Below the pieces are notes generated by a model that worked only from the letters and a program-made list of their open reading frames with translations, was not told the origin of the DNA and made no database searches. DNA of 64,000 nt from Candidatus Dojkabacteria bacterium (lineage in GTDB: Bacteria; Patescibacteriota; Dojkabacteria; J137), in the NCBI GenBank assembly GCA_030950485.1, contig JAUZRK010000005.1:4449-68448 (forward strand), given 5' to 3'. Shown here piece after piece: positions 29,268-38,510 of the stretch (positions are counted from its first letter, which is position 1; every line of letters begins with the position of its first letter). The translations under genes and the position numbers were made by a program.

Positions 29268-30365
29268 CTACCGAGAGAATGAAACTATAGACAAAGCACC
29301 CATTACTCCTAAAGGTATAACACGGCCTCCGCCTATAAATAAGTTCCTAAATACTTGATAAGAAGCAATTCTATTGTCATATCTCTCATCATCATCTATT
29401 ACTGCCAACAAATAATTAGAAAGCAAAATACTTACGGTTGAATAGAAAATAACTTGAGCGATACTAAATACTATAAAGGTCATGTTATTAAAATTTTTTA
29501 TTAACATTATTGGTAGGGTACTGTAAGCAAGTGCGCTTACTCCAATGATCACCCGTATATGTGAGAACTTCTTTAAGTTTATCTTCCCAAGTACAAATGA
29601 GTAAATAATGTTGATAACTGCTATCAATACTTTTATATTTCTCCAATCATTTAACGAGCCTAATTTTGTAATTATCAAAATGTCTATTAATCCCCAATCA
29701 ACTGAATATGCAATTCCTAATGAAAGTGAAATTAATGCTACGTGTTTTAATTTATCATCTCTCTTTGAATTTTTAAGCAACAAGAAAAGTGCGTTATCTT
29801 GCTTTAAGCTACTAATTTTAAAAAACATTATTCCTATACCAAATAGTATGTATGTAAGACTTACTATCAGTAATGATCTCTTGTAATCAAAGCTATTTAC
29901 TAAGAACTCAATAGTAATTGGTGCAGCAATTGATAATATTGAACTTAATATAGTTAGATATGAAGAAAATTTAACTCTCGTGTCTTTATTAGTGACAGCC
30001 TGATCGACTATAGGAAAAGCAGTCATTCTTATGCTATAGGACATACCCATTAAAACTCCAATGAGAATATAATATTTAGATAAATCTTCGAAGTATATGC
30101 TTGAAAATAATCCCGTAGCTCCAAAAGTTATAATTGAAATCAATACACTTAGTTTAGGGGAAAAAATATGAACTAATTTATCGGCAATAAACAAAAACAT
30201 GAATAAACTTGAAACAGCTGATAAATTAAATAATACACTTCTTTGGAGAGATTCGCCCTCAGACCAAATACCAAAATTTATAAGTACATAAAGGACTCCG
30301 GTTACAAAGGCCAATAAATTACTAAAAATTAACCAGACTAAGCCTTGATTTTTGTTATTTTCCAT
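29268..30365 (-). CDS. Polytopic integral membrane protein (about 10 TM), family unassigned
   Basis: Hydrophobic helices throughout; no transporter signature I can name. Confidence 0.5.
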   Translation of the reverse strand: MENNKNQGLVWLIFSNLLAFVTGVLYVLINFGIWSEGESLQRSVLFNLSAVSSLFMFLFIADKLVHIFSPKLSVLISIITFGATGLFSSIYFEDLSKYYILIGVLMGMSYSIRMTAFPIVDQAVTNKDTRVKFSSYLTILSSILSIAAPITIEFLVNSFDYKRSLLIVSLTYILFGIGIMFFKISSLKQDNALFLLLKNSKRDDKLKHVALISLSLGIAYSVDWGLIDILIITKLGSLNDWRNIKVLIAVINIIYSFVLGKINLKKFSHIRVIIGVSALAYSTLPIMLIKNFNNMTFIVFSIAQVIFYSTVSILLSNYLLAVIDDDERYDNRIASYQVFRNLFIGGGRVIPLGVMGALSIVSFSR

Positions 30366-30486
30366 TTAGTTAGCACTAATAATACAATTCATATTAATAT
30401 AAATAAAACTTAATTGTAATACTGTCACTTTCTTTATCAAAACTAGTCTTAAATGATATACTAACTTAAGAAATTAAAACTTTATA

Positions 30487-31773
30487 ATGGCCATATATCG
30501 AATAAATGGAGGGTTAAAATTAAGTGGTGAAGTTACTCCAACACCAAATAAGAACGAAGTTCTACCTGCTGTAGTCGCAGCACTTTTGACTGATGAACAA
30601 GTAACTTTACATAACGTACCAAAGACTAGTGATGTTAGGGGTATGTTAAAAATAATAAAAAAGCTTGGAGGAAAAGTATCTTATACTAATGGTGGAAATA
30701 CTGTAAAAGTAAATTCAAGTACTATACAAGATGGAGAACTGGACCTTGAGCTAACAAAAAAAATGAAAGCTGGAGTAATGTTTATGGCTCCATTACTTCT
30801 AAGATTTAAAAAAGCCTTCATGCCAATACCTGGAGGTTGTAAATTAGGAACTAGACCATTAGATGCATTTGTAAATGGAATGGAGATGCTTGGTGCTAGA
30901 TATGAACCTTCAGAAAAAGGATTTTTCTTACATGGTGATACACTAAAAGCAAACTCAATCTGGCCATGGTTTCCAAGCGTTACTGGAACAGAGAATTTAA
31001 TAATGCTTGCTACTGGAATTAAAGGTCGTATTGAAATTTTCAATGCCGCTGCAGAACCTCATGTACAGCAACTTTGTAAAATGTTGGTTTCAATGGGAGC
31101 GAATATTGAAGGAATAGGTTCAAATAAATTAATAATAGAAGGAGGTCATGAACTAAAGGGAACAGAGTGGACTATAGCCAGTGATCATTTGGATATAATA
31201 GAATATATTGCTAGTGCTGCTGTAACTGAAAGTGAATTAAGAATTAATAATGCTATACCAGAACATACAAGTCTTATTAGACAAGCGTTTGAGATAGTAG
31301 GAGTTAAAACGTTCTATGAAGGAACTACTTTAGTGGTTCCAGAAAAACAAAGTCTTAAAATAAAAAAGACTATTAAAGGCGATATTTACGATATTAAGGC
31401 TTTCTTTTGGCCGATGTTTCCGCCTGATGCTATTCACTCACTAATAGTTACAGCATTAAAATCAGAAGGAAAGATGATATTCCATAACTCATTTTACGAG
31501 TACGGTTTTTTCTTCGCAGAAGAGCTAGCTAAGATGAAAGGTAATGTAGTAATGGCAGATCCTCATAGATTAATTACATTTGGTCCTACAAATTTTAGAG
31601 CTGGACCAATAGATGCTCCTAATATAATTGCTGCAACCAAAGGCTTATTTGTCGCGGCTCTAGCAGCGCCAGGAGAAACTATTCTTCATGATAGAACTGA
31701 TCAATTAATGAGAAGATATCCAAACTTAGTCGATATTTACAATAGTGTTGGAGCTCAAATAGAGAAGATTTAG
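30487..31773 (+). CDS. murA: UDP-N-acetylglucosamine 1-carboxyvinyltransferase
   Basis: N-terminal 'INGGLKLSGEVTPTPNKNEVLPAVVAALLTDEQVTLHNVPKTSDV' and active-site Cys region 'PGGCKLGTRPLDAF'. Confidence 0.85.
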   Translation: MAIYRINGGLKLSGEVTPTPNKNEVLPAVVAALLTDEQVTLHNVPKTSDVRGMLKIIKKLGGKVSYTNGGNTVKVNSSTIQDGELDLELTKKMKAGVMFMAPLLLRFKKAFMPIPGGCKLGTRPLDAFVNGMEMLGARYEPSEKGFFLHGDTLKANSIWPWFPSVTGTENLIMLATGIKGRIEIFNAAAEPHVQQLCKMLVSMGANIEGIGSNKLIIEGGHELKGTEWTIASDHLDIIEYIASAAVTESELRINNAIPEHTSLIRQAFEIVGVKTFYEGTTLVVPEKQSLKIKKTIKGDIYDIKAFFWPMFPPDAIHSLIVTALKSEGKMIFHNSFYEYGFFFAEELAKMKGNVVMADPHRLITFGPTNFRAGPIDAPNIIAATKGLFVAALAAPGETILHDRTDQLMRRYPNLVDIYNSVGAQIEKI

Positions 31774-32345
31774 CACAAATAAACCTAGGTACTAATCTCT
31801 CATATCAACCTGCAGGTAGCTTAATATATTATGTATAATAAGCTACTTTTTTTAGATTCATTAACTATCTACTAATTCTTCTCACACTTATCCTTATGAA
31901 GATACTCAAACTATTATTATCTTCAAATAACTCTAGATTAAATCAAAAAAGTATATGTGCCAGTAGGAAGAAATGTTACGTAAGTCCGTACTATATATAA
32001 GCTATAAATAGAACTTTATACTACTTAAACTGTAGTGCCCATATTCTATTTTAAATGTAGCCATTCTGCTATAAAAGTACATTTAAAGGAGGATTCTACT
32101 TCTAATATAGGGTCCTACAACAACTCTTATGGAACAGATTTAACAAATATTGATCTCTTATTGTGCATAACTGGTAATGCAAATTGCTATATAAATGATC
32201 TTACTCTTAGCAAGGTTGATGTATTTATTTATACATAGTGCAAGAGTGCTGTATGTTACGCCTTTGGAGATACTATTTTTTTAGAGTAAATTCATCTTAT
32301 GAGACGTTTTACAAAATAAATCGTATATATCAGGTTCAGTTTATT

Positions 32346-32393
32346 CACTTTTGTGATTTAAAAAATGTGCTTCTAAGAAGATCACAAAAGTGA
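32346..32393. promoter_or_regulatory. 14-bp perfect inverted repeat (TTCACTTTTGTGAT … ATCACAAAAGTGAA) about 40 bp upstream of mutL
   Basis: Read directly from the sequence. The spacer is about 20 nt and no T-run follows. Confidence 0.3.
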
Positions 32394-32434
32394 TAACCTA
32401 TACTTAAGTAACATTAAATTCTAAAAAGCTAAAA

Positions 32435-34267
32435 GTGAGTAAAATAAATAAGTTAGAAAAAGAAATAATAAATAAAATTGCAGCAGGAGAAGTTGTAGAA
32501 CGACCTGCATCTGTAATAAAAGAGCTTATTGAAAATTCAATTGACGCTAAGGCTTCAAAAATAATTATAAATATAGAGAACAATGGAGAAGATCTAATAG
32601 AGATAGTAGACAATGGAAAAGGAATGAACCGTGAAGATGCTATTAAATCAGTAGAACTACACGCAACTTCAAAGATAACAAACGAGAAAGATCTAAGCTA
32701 TATTTCAAGCCATGGGTTCAGAGGCGAGGCATTAGCCAGCATCAGTTCTGTCTCAGAAGAATTCACAATAGATACAAAAACAGCTGGATATGAAGCAGTG
32801 ACAGTCTATCTCCGAAACGAAGAGCTAAGAGCCGATATTTCAAACAAAACTATAGAGGGTACTACAATAAGTATTAGAAATTTATTTGGCAATGTACCAG
32901 CAAGAAAGAAGTTCCTTAAAGCAAGTAAAACCGAGATGAAGCAGATTATTAATTCTTTTTTACAAACTTCACTTCCTTATATTAAAGTTCACTTTGAACT
33001 TTTTCATGATGGGAATTTAATTCATAGATTAACAAAAACGGAGAGTATAGAAAATAGATTATTTGATGCATTCGGTAAGAATTTCTTAAATACCTTGTTT
33101 ATAACAAATGAATCTACAGATTCAGATTTAAAAACAAGGTGCTTAATTTCAAAACCTGAAAGTGCTCCAAAGAAGGCAACTATTCAATATATTTATCTTA
33201 ACAATAGGTTCATAGGCAGCAAGACGATTAACGCTGCAGTAAGTCAAGCATTTACTGGTTTTATTCACAGAGATCTAAGGCCAAACTTCATAATATTTAT
33301 AAAAATAGATCCTAGTAAGATAGATATAAATGTTCATCCTAGAAAATTGGAAGTTAAATTTGAAGATGAATCGCTAGTATTTAAAAGGATATATTCGCAT
33401 GTGCGTTCTATTTTAGAGAAAGAAACAAAAAGAATTATTAAGGATAAGATAGAAGATAGTAATGAATTAAATTTAAGTAAATATAAAAATATTTCAGAAC
33501 CAAGAAAAGACTTCTCAGTTAAAGAGAGTAGCAGAAGTTATAGCCCTACGAGTCAATCAAATAACTACATTAACGAAAGTAAAGATAAAATAGTAAAGCA
33601 ATCAATGAGCTTTTCAAAGCTACTTCTAGATGAATCAATCTCAAATACAGAGGCTAGCTTAGATCAAAAAATATCGAATTATAATCCAAAACAAATCTTC
33701 AATACTTATATATTAATAGAGAAGGACAACGATGCTGTCTTTATAGATCAACACGCCGCTAGCGAAAAGATATATTTCGAGAAACTAATCGCACAATATA
33801 AAACAAAAAATATTAAATCAAAATCTCTTCTAGTTCCAGAAATTGTAGAGTTTAATAATACAAATTCAAAGAATATAATATTAGAGAGTAGAGAAGAGCT
33901 CGCAAAACTTGGTGTAGTAATTGAAAATCTTGATTCTAAATCAATACAGGTAACAGAAGTTCCAGAGATATTTAAAAAAATGGATCTATCAGATACTTTT
34001 AAAGAAATTTTAGAAGAGGATCAAGATATAGTAGCCACTTTTGAATCTGGAAACCTTGATATCAGTAAAAGTATTTATCTTAAACTAGCTACAATTTCAT
34101 GCCATGGATCAATTAGAGCAGGGCAGATATTAAATACTGAAGAAATGAATAGTTTAATAAATGAGTTACTAACGCTAGATAATCCATATAACTGCCCTCA
34201 TGGACGACCTACCATTTGGAGTATCAGTAAAACACAGCTAGAATCTAATTTTAAACGAGATATGTAA
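32435..34267 (+). CDS. mutL: DNA mismatch repair protein MutL
   Basis: GHKL ATPase N-terminus 'IAAGEVVERPASVIKELIENSIDA', 'VDNGKGM', 'HGFRGEAL'. GTG start. Confidence 0.85.
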   Translation: MSKINKLEKEIINKIAAGEVVERPASVIKELIENSIDAKASKIIINIENNGEDLIEIVDNGKGMNREDAIKSVELHATSKITNEKDLSYISSHGFRGEALASISSVSEEFTIDTKTAGYEAVTVYLRNEELRADISNKTIEGTTISIRNLFGNVPARKKFLKASKTEMKQIINSFLQTSLPYIKVHFELFHDGNLIHRLTKTESIENRLFDAFGKNFLNTLFITNESTDSDLKTRCLISKPESAPKKATIQYIYLNNRFIGSKTINAAVSQAFTGFIHRDLRPNFIIFIKIDPSKIDINVHPRKLEVKFEDESLVFKRIYSHVRSILEKETKRIIKDKIEDSNELNLSKYKNISEPRKDFSVKESSRSYSPTSQSNNYINESKDKIVKQSMSFSKLLLDESISNTEASLDQKISNYNPKQIFNTYILIEKDNDAVFIDQHAASEKIYFEKLIAQYKTKNIKSKSLLVPEIVEFNNTNSKNIILESREELAKLGVVIENLDSKSIQVTEVPEIFKKMDLSDTFKEILEEDQDIVATFESGNLDISKSIYLKLATISCHGSIRAGQILNTEEMNSLINELLTLDNPYNCPHGRPTIWSISKTQLESNFKRDM

Positions 34268-34728
34268 TGATAAAAATATTAATCCCAATATTAGCTCTAA
34301 CAATAGCAATTGCAATCCCAGTTCTCAGTAAGGATAATATAACCCAATACAAAGATGGCAATTTTATTAATGTGAGCTTTGAACAAAAAGAAACTCCAAA
34401 ACTGACTCTAGAAATAGCCCTATCACCTAATAAAAGGCAAGAAGGTCTTATGTATAGAAAAGAGCTTGATAAGAACAGCGGTATGATTTTTATATTTGAA
34501 AAAGATCAACCACTAACATTCTGGATGAAAAATACTCTATTATCTTTAGATATAATGTACATTAATAGTGAATACGAAATTGTTAAGATTTATTCATCTA
34601 CAAAAACCAATCAAACGTCAGAATTATATCCTTCTATAGTCCTATCTATGTATGTTATTGAAGTTAATTCTGGCTGGGCAGAAGATAATAAGATTGAAGT
34701 TGGAGATATTATAAATATTAGTAGATAG
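34267..34728 (+). CDS. DUF192 (COG1430) family protein
   Basis: 'EGLMYRKELDKNSGMIFIF…TFWMKNTLLSLDIMYIN' matches the DUF192 core. N-terminal signal/TM segment. Confidence 0.6.
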   Translation: MIKILIPILALTIAIAIPVLSKDNITQYKDGNFINVSFEQKETPKLTLEIALSPNKRQEGLMYRKELDKNSGMIFIFEKDQPLTFWMKNTLLSLDIMYINSEYEIVKIYSSTKTNQTSELYPSIVLSMYVIEVNSGWAEDNKIEVGDIINISR

Positions 34729-34864
34729 CCTACCTTATTATATTTCAGGGCTATACAAGAAAATTATTGATGTTAGATTTAAATCAGTTAGTTAAGCAGA
34801 GTTATACAATATTTGCTAATTAGCAACTTATAATTTAAAATTAGGAAGTTAAATTAAACAATAA

Positions 34865-35464
34865 ATGAGTTATTTAATCCCAACTGTAATAGAGAATACT
34901 AGATTAGGAGAAAGAGCATACGATATATATTCCAGACTTCTTAAAGAGAGGATAATATTTATAGGTACTGCAATAGATGCAGGAGTAGCAAACGCAGTAA
35001 TTGCCCAGTTGTTATTCTTAGAAAAAGAAAATGCTAATAAAGACATAGTCATATATGTTAACTCACCAGGAGGCGTAGTAACTGCAGGATTAGCAATTTA
35101 TGACACTATGCAATATGTAAAGCCAGATATAACTACAATTTGTGTAGGTATAGCAGCATCTATGGGATCTATATTATTAACTGGTGGAGCAAAAGGTAAA
35201 AGATTTGCTTTAGCAAATAGTGAGGTTATGATTCACCAACCAATGGGAGGGACTGAAGGTCAAGCAAGTGATATAAAGATACATGCAGACCATATTATCA
35301 AGACAAGAGATAGGTTAAATAGAATCCTAGCTAACCATACAGGACAGAAGATTAGTACAATAGAGAATGATGTAGAGAGAGATAAGTACTTAAGTTCCGA
35401 AGAAGCCTTAGAGTATGGGCTAATAGATAAAATAATTAGCAAGAACCCTTTAAGTGCAAAATAG
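34865..35464 (+). CDS. clpP: ATP-dependent Clp protease proteolytic subunit
   Basis: '[25 protein letters not shown]', catalytic Ser in '[11 protein letters not shown]', 'MIHQPMGG'. Confidence 0.9.
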   Translation: MSYLIPTVIENTRLGERAYDIYSRLLKERIIFIGTAIDAGVANAVIAQLLFLEKENANKDIVIYVNSPGGVVTAGLAIYDTMQYVKPDITTICVGIAASMGSILLTGGAKGKRFALANSEVMIHQPMGGTEGQASDIKIHADHIIKTRDRLNRILANHTGQKISTIENDVERDKYLSSEEALEYGLIDKIISKNPLSAK

Positions 35465-35491
35465 ATATTTTAGCTAAGTTAATTAGAAAAA

Positions 35492-35568
35492 GGGCACCTA
35501 GCTCATCTGGCTAGAGCACTCCGTTGACGTCGGAGAGGTGACAGGTTCGAATCCTGTGGTGCCCACCA
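35492..35568 (+). tRNA. tRNA-Val (anticodon GAC), CCA encoded
   Basis: Hand-folded. Acceptor GGGCACC/GGTGCCC, anticodon stem CTCCG/CGGAG with loop TTGACGT, T-loop TTCGAAT. Confidence 0.85.
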
Positions 35569-35589
35569 ATAAGTTATTATTTATTAAAT

Positions 35590-37146
35590 ATGAGCATAAT
35601 TAATGCTACTGATGAAGAAAAACACTCTGCAGCTCACGTTTTAGCTACTGCAGTGTCAAGAGTATTTCAAAATGTAAAGGTAGGTATAGGTCCTGTAACT
35701 AAAGATGGGTTTTATTATGACTTCAAATTCGATAGAACATTAACAAAGGAAGACATAGAGAAAATAGAGGATATTGCTAATGAAATAATCAATGAAGATT
35801 TAGAATTCAAACAGATTTTTCTTTCTAGAGACGAAGCAGGTGACTTATTATTGAGACTAGGTCAGATTTTTAAATCTGAATTAATAAAATCTATTCCCGA
35901 TGAGGAAATAAGCTTCTATAAGGTTGGAGATGAATTCATAGATCTATGTAGAGGACCACATATAGCAAAGACTTCAGAGTTAGGTTACATCAAAATATCA
36001 AATCTTGAAAAAGTTCATTGGAAGAATGATAATTCTAGACCAGAAATGATAAGAATTCATGGGCTAGTATTCAAGAACAAAAGCGAGTTCAGTGAATTCG
36101 TGAAACAGCGACAGGAGAAAGAAAATAGAAGTTTTACAAATATAATTAAAAGTTCTGGACTTGGTTTAATTGAAGATACAAGCATACTTTTAATGCCACC
36201 AGCAGTGAGAGCATTAAAAAATATAGAAAATCTTTTTATGAAGAATTTTTACAAGTATTCTCCTAAGAATTTTCAAATAATAGATCAAGAAGTAGGGATT
36301 AATAGTCACTCAGAAAAGCTTATAGATCTTCTAAAAGCAAACCCGATAAGTTATAAGTCGTTGCCATTAACTTATGTACATAAACATGTCTCAAAAAAAG
36401 AGCTGAATGGTAAATCTCTAAAAACAGAAGAAAGCAGAATTGATGTTTTGACAAAGAAAACTAATGTACTGAATTTATTAATCGGCATAACAGACAACTT
36501 TATAGACACTATTAAGGAGCTGTCAGAGAATGTGATTGTTAAGGTTTACTCATCAAATTTAGATGATCTGAAATTAAATACACTTTCAAACTATTTACAA
36601 AAGAATGTAATCTCCCATGAAAAAATACTTTCAAAAGAGATAGAAGATGGAATGGTTAAGATCGAGTTCTTTATAAAAAATAGTTTAAATGAAGTTTCAC
36701 TTTTTGGGTCATTCTTTAATGATGAACTAGATAGCCTTACTTATACTGACGAATTAAATACAAAAGTTACAATGAGTAGAGTAGTCATCAATTTTAATCC
36801 TCTAATAATTTTTAGTTCATTAGTTCAAGATAAAGGAATTGCCCTTCCAAGCAAGGTACATCCTTACCAAATAAGGATAATCCCTATTTCAAATTATAAT
36901 CAAGAATATGCTGCAGATGTTAGAGCAGAACTTAGACTTGCAGGATTAGATAGTGATGTAGACAAAAGATCAAGAAGTATCAATTGGAAGATAAGAGATG
37001 CTATAGTGAAAGGGATTCCATTTATTGTAGTTGTAGGAAATAAAGAAAATGCAAATAAAGCAATATCTTTAAGAAAAAATAAATTGGAAGTTGGTTTACT
37101 TTCTATAAGTGAAGCAATTGAAAATATTAAAGAATCATTGGCTTGA
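35590..37146 (+). CDS. Threonyl-tRNA synthetase-like protein: editing (N2) domain + degenerate class-II core + anticodon-binding domain; no TGS domain
   Basis: Editing-site residues align ('HSAAH', 'GFYYDF', 'DLCRGPH'), as do 'SYKSLPL' and the anticodon-binding domain 'IPFIVVVGNKE'. Motif 2 (HRNE…GLMRVRGFTQDDAHIF) and motif 3 (HRAILGSMERF) are replaced by 'HKHVSKKELNGKSLKTEESRIDVLT' and 'SRVVINFNPLIIF'. Confidence 0.7.
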   Translation: MSIINATDEEKHSAAHVLATAVSRVFQNVKVGIGPVTKDGFYYDFKFDRTLTKEDIEKIEDIANEIINEDLEFKQIFLSRDEAGDLLLRLGQIFKSELIKSIPDEEISFYKVGDEFIDLCRGPHIAKTSELGYIKISNLEKVHWKNDNSRPEMIRIHGLVFKNKSEFSEFVKQRQEKENRSFTNIIKSSGLGLIEDTSILLMPPAVRALKNIENLFMKNFYKYSPKNFQIIDQEVGINSHSEKLIDLLKANPISYKSLPLTYVHKHVSKKELNGKSLKTEESRIDVLTKKTNVLNLLIGITDNFIDTIKELSENVIVKVYSSNLDDLKLNTLSNYLQKNVISHEKILSKEIEDGMVKIEFFIKNSLNEVSLFGSFFNDELDSLTYTDELNTKVTMSRVVINFNPLIIFSSLVQDKGIALPSKVHPYQIRIIPISNYNQEYAADVRAELRLAGLDSDVDKRSRSINWKIRDAIVKGIPFIVVVGNKENANKAISLRKNKLEVGLLSISEAIENIKESLA

Positions 37147-37198
37147 AGTTGAGATATTAGTAAAAATTTGCTAATATTTTGTTCAGCAAAGTAATTTT

Positions 37199-37801
37199 AT
37201 ATCATTAAAAATAAATACAATTAGAAGATCAAGAAAAACAACTAAAAGTAATAAAGGTTTAAAGCTTAATTTCGATAGAAACGAGCGAATTAGAGCAGTA
37301 CAAGTAAGACTTATTGACGATGCAGACGAAAATATTGGAGTACTTAAAACAAGTGAAGCACTTGCAATGGCTAAAGAGAGAGAGTTAGATTTAGTATTAA
37401 TATCTCCAAAAGAAGATATTCCAGTAGCAAAAATAATTGATTGGTCAAAATTTAAGTATATTCAAAGCAAGAAATTTAAAAATTCTGCTAAAGGAAATAC
37501 AAAATCAAAAGAATGGTGGTTTAAGCCAAAGATAGAAGCTTTTGATATTAAAATAAAATTAAACAAAATTAAGAAGTTTTTAAGTAAAGGTGGTGTTGCA
37601 AAAATTACTGTAAGATCACAAAGAAGAGTGCATAAATCGGAAATGTATAGTACAATGGACAAGGTTCTTGAATATGGTGAGGAATTTTTCGAAAAGCTAG
37701 GTGATGTATCTAGCGAAGGTAGAAATTTAAGCGTATTAGTTAAATTAAAATCTAACAGCAAGAATGAAGAAACAGAAAAAAATCAAACTAAAGACTCATA
37801 A
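37199..37801 (+). CDS. infC: Translation initiation factor IF-3, with non-AUG (AUA/AUU) start
   Basis: The track ORF 37367-37801 is IF-3. The same frame is open back to a TAA at 37172-37174 and encodes an IF-3 N-domain ('RIRAVQVRLIDDADENIGVLKTSEALAMAKERELDLV') with no ATG. An AUU start is the established infC feature. Confidence 0.7.
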   Translation: MSLKINTIRRSRKTTKSNKGLKLNFDRNERIRAVQVRLIDDADENIGVLKTSEALAMAKERELDLVLISPKEDIPVAKIIDWSKFKYIQSKKFKNSAKGNTKSKEWWFKPKIEAFDIKIKLNKIKKFLSKGGVAKITVRSQRRVHKSEMYSTMDKVLEYGEEFFEKLGDVSSEGRNLSVLVKLKSNSKNEETEKNQTKDS

Positions 37802-37973
37802 AGGTCTTTCAAAAAGATTCAAAGTTACAGCAACTGGAAAAGTAACTAGAAATGCAAAAAGAATGAGAAAATATGGTTATACTCATTCAAAATCTAGTAA
37901 AAATACAGATAAGAAATCTTTACAATTAGCAAAACCTGAAGCTAAAAAAATTAAAAAATTATTAGGTAAATAA
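37764..37973 (+). CDS. rpmI: 50S ribosomal protein L35
   Basis: 'KLKTHKGLSKRFKVTATGKVTRNAKRMRKYGYTHSK'. Lies between infC and rplT as in the canonical operon. The exact start is uncertain because it overlaps the infC end. Confidence 0.75.
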   Translation: MKKQKKIKLKTHKGLSKRFKVTATGKVTRNAKRMRKYGYTHSKSSKNTDKKSLQLAKPEAKKIKKLLGK

Positions 37974-37975
37974 TT

Positions 37976-38317
37976 ATGAGAATCAAAAGAGGTGTATCTA
38001 AAAATAGAAGGCATAAAAAAGTTCTAAAAGCCGCAAAAGGATATAGAATGACATATTCTAAGCTTTATAGAAGAGCTACTGAAGCTTTACTACATGCCGG
38101 TCAATACAGTTATGCTCATAGAAAAAGAAGAAAGAGTCAAAAAAGAACTGAGTGGATAAAAGTAATATCTGCAGCTCTAACTAAAACAGATATGAGTTAC
38201 AGCCAATTCATTTCAACTATGAAAAAAAGTAATGTTGAACTAGATAGAAAAAGCTTAGCTGAAATGATTGTAAATAAACCTGCTCACTTTGAAGCTTTAA
38301 TAAGTGAATTAAAGTAG
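37976..38317 (+). CDS. rplT: 50S ribosomal protein L20
   Basis: 'MRIKRGVSKNRRHKKVLKAAKGYRMTYSKLYRRATEALLHAGQYSYAHRKRRK'. Confidence 0.9.
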   Translation: MRIKRGVSKNRRHKKVLKAAKGYRMTYSKLYRRATEALLHAGQYSYAHRKRRKSQKRTEWIKVISAALTKTDMSYSQFISTMKKSNVELDRKSLAEMIVNKPAHFEALISELK

Positions 38318-38336
38318 TAAAAAAATAAAATATTAA

Positions 38337-38370
38337 AAAGACTTCTTAATAATTAAGAAGTCTTTTTTTT
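38337..38370 (+). terminator. Rho-independent terminator of the infC-rpmI-rplT operon
   Basis: Perfect hairpin AAGACTTCTTAAT-AATTAAGAAGTCTT followed by TTTTTTTTG. Confidence 0.7.
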
Positions 38371-38510
38371 GTCTATTTTTTATATTTACTTTTTTATATA
38401 TACCACTATATTAAATTTGTTCTGAAACAAAATAAAGAGAGAAGTAATATAAACCTTTTATTTAGGAATTATATATCTGCTTCTCTCTCTAAATATGCTT
38501 TTAAACGCTC

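Noticed and set aside
31774-32434. tmRNA, RNase P RNA or SRP RNA in the murA-mutL gap
   Set aside because: There is no tRNA-like TTCGAATCC/CCA end outside the five tRNA loci, no convincing P4 (AGGAAAGUCCGGGC) or SRP domain IV motif, and the region is too AT-rich and unstructured.
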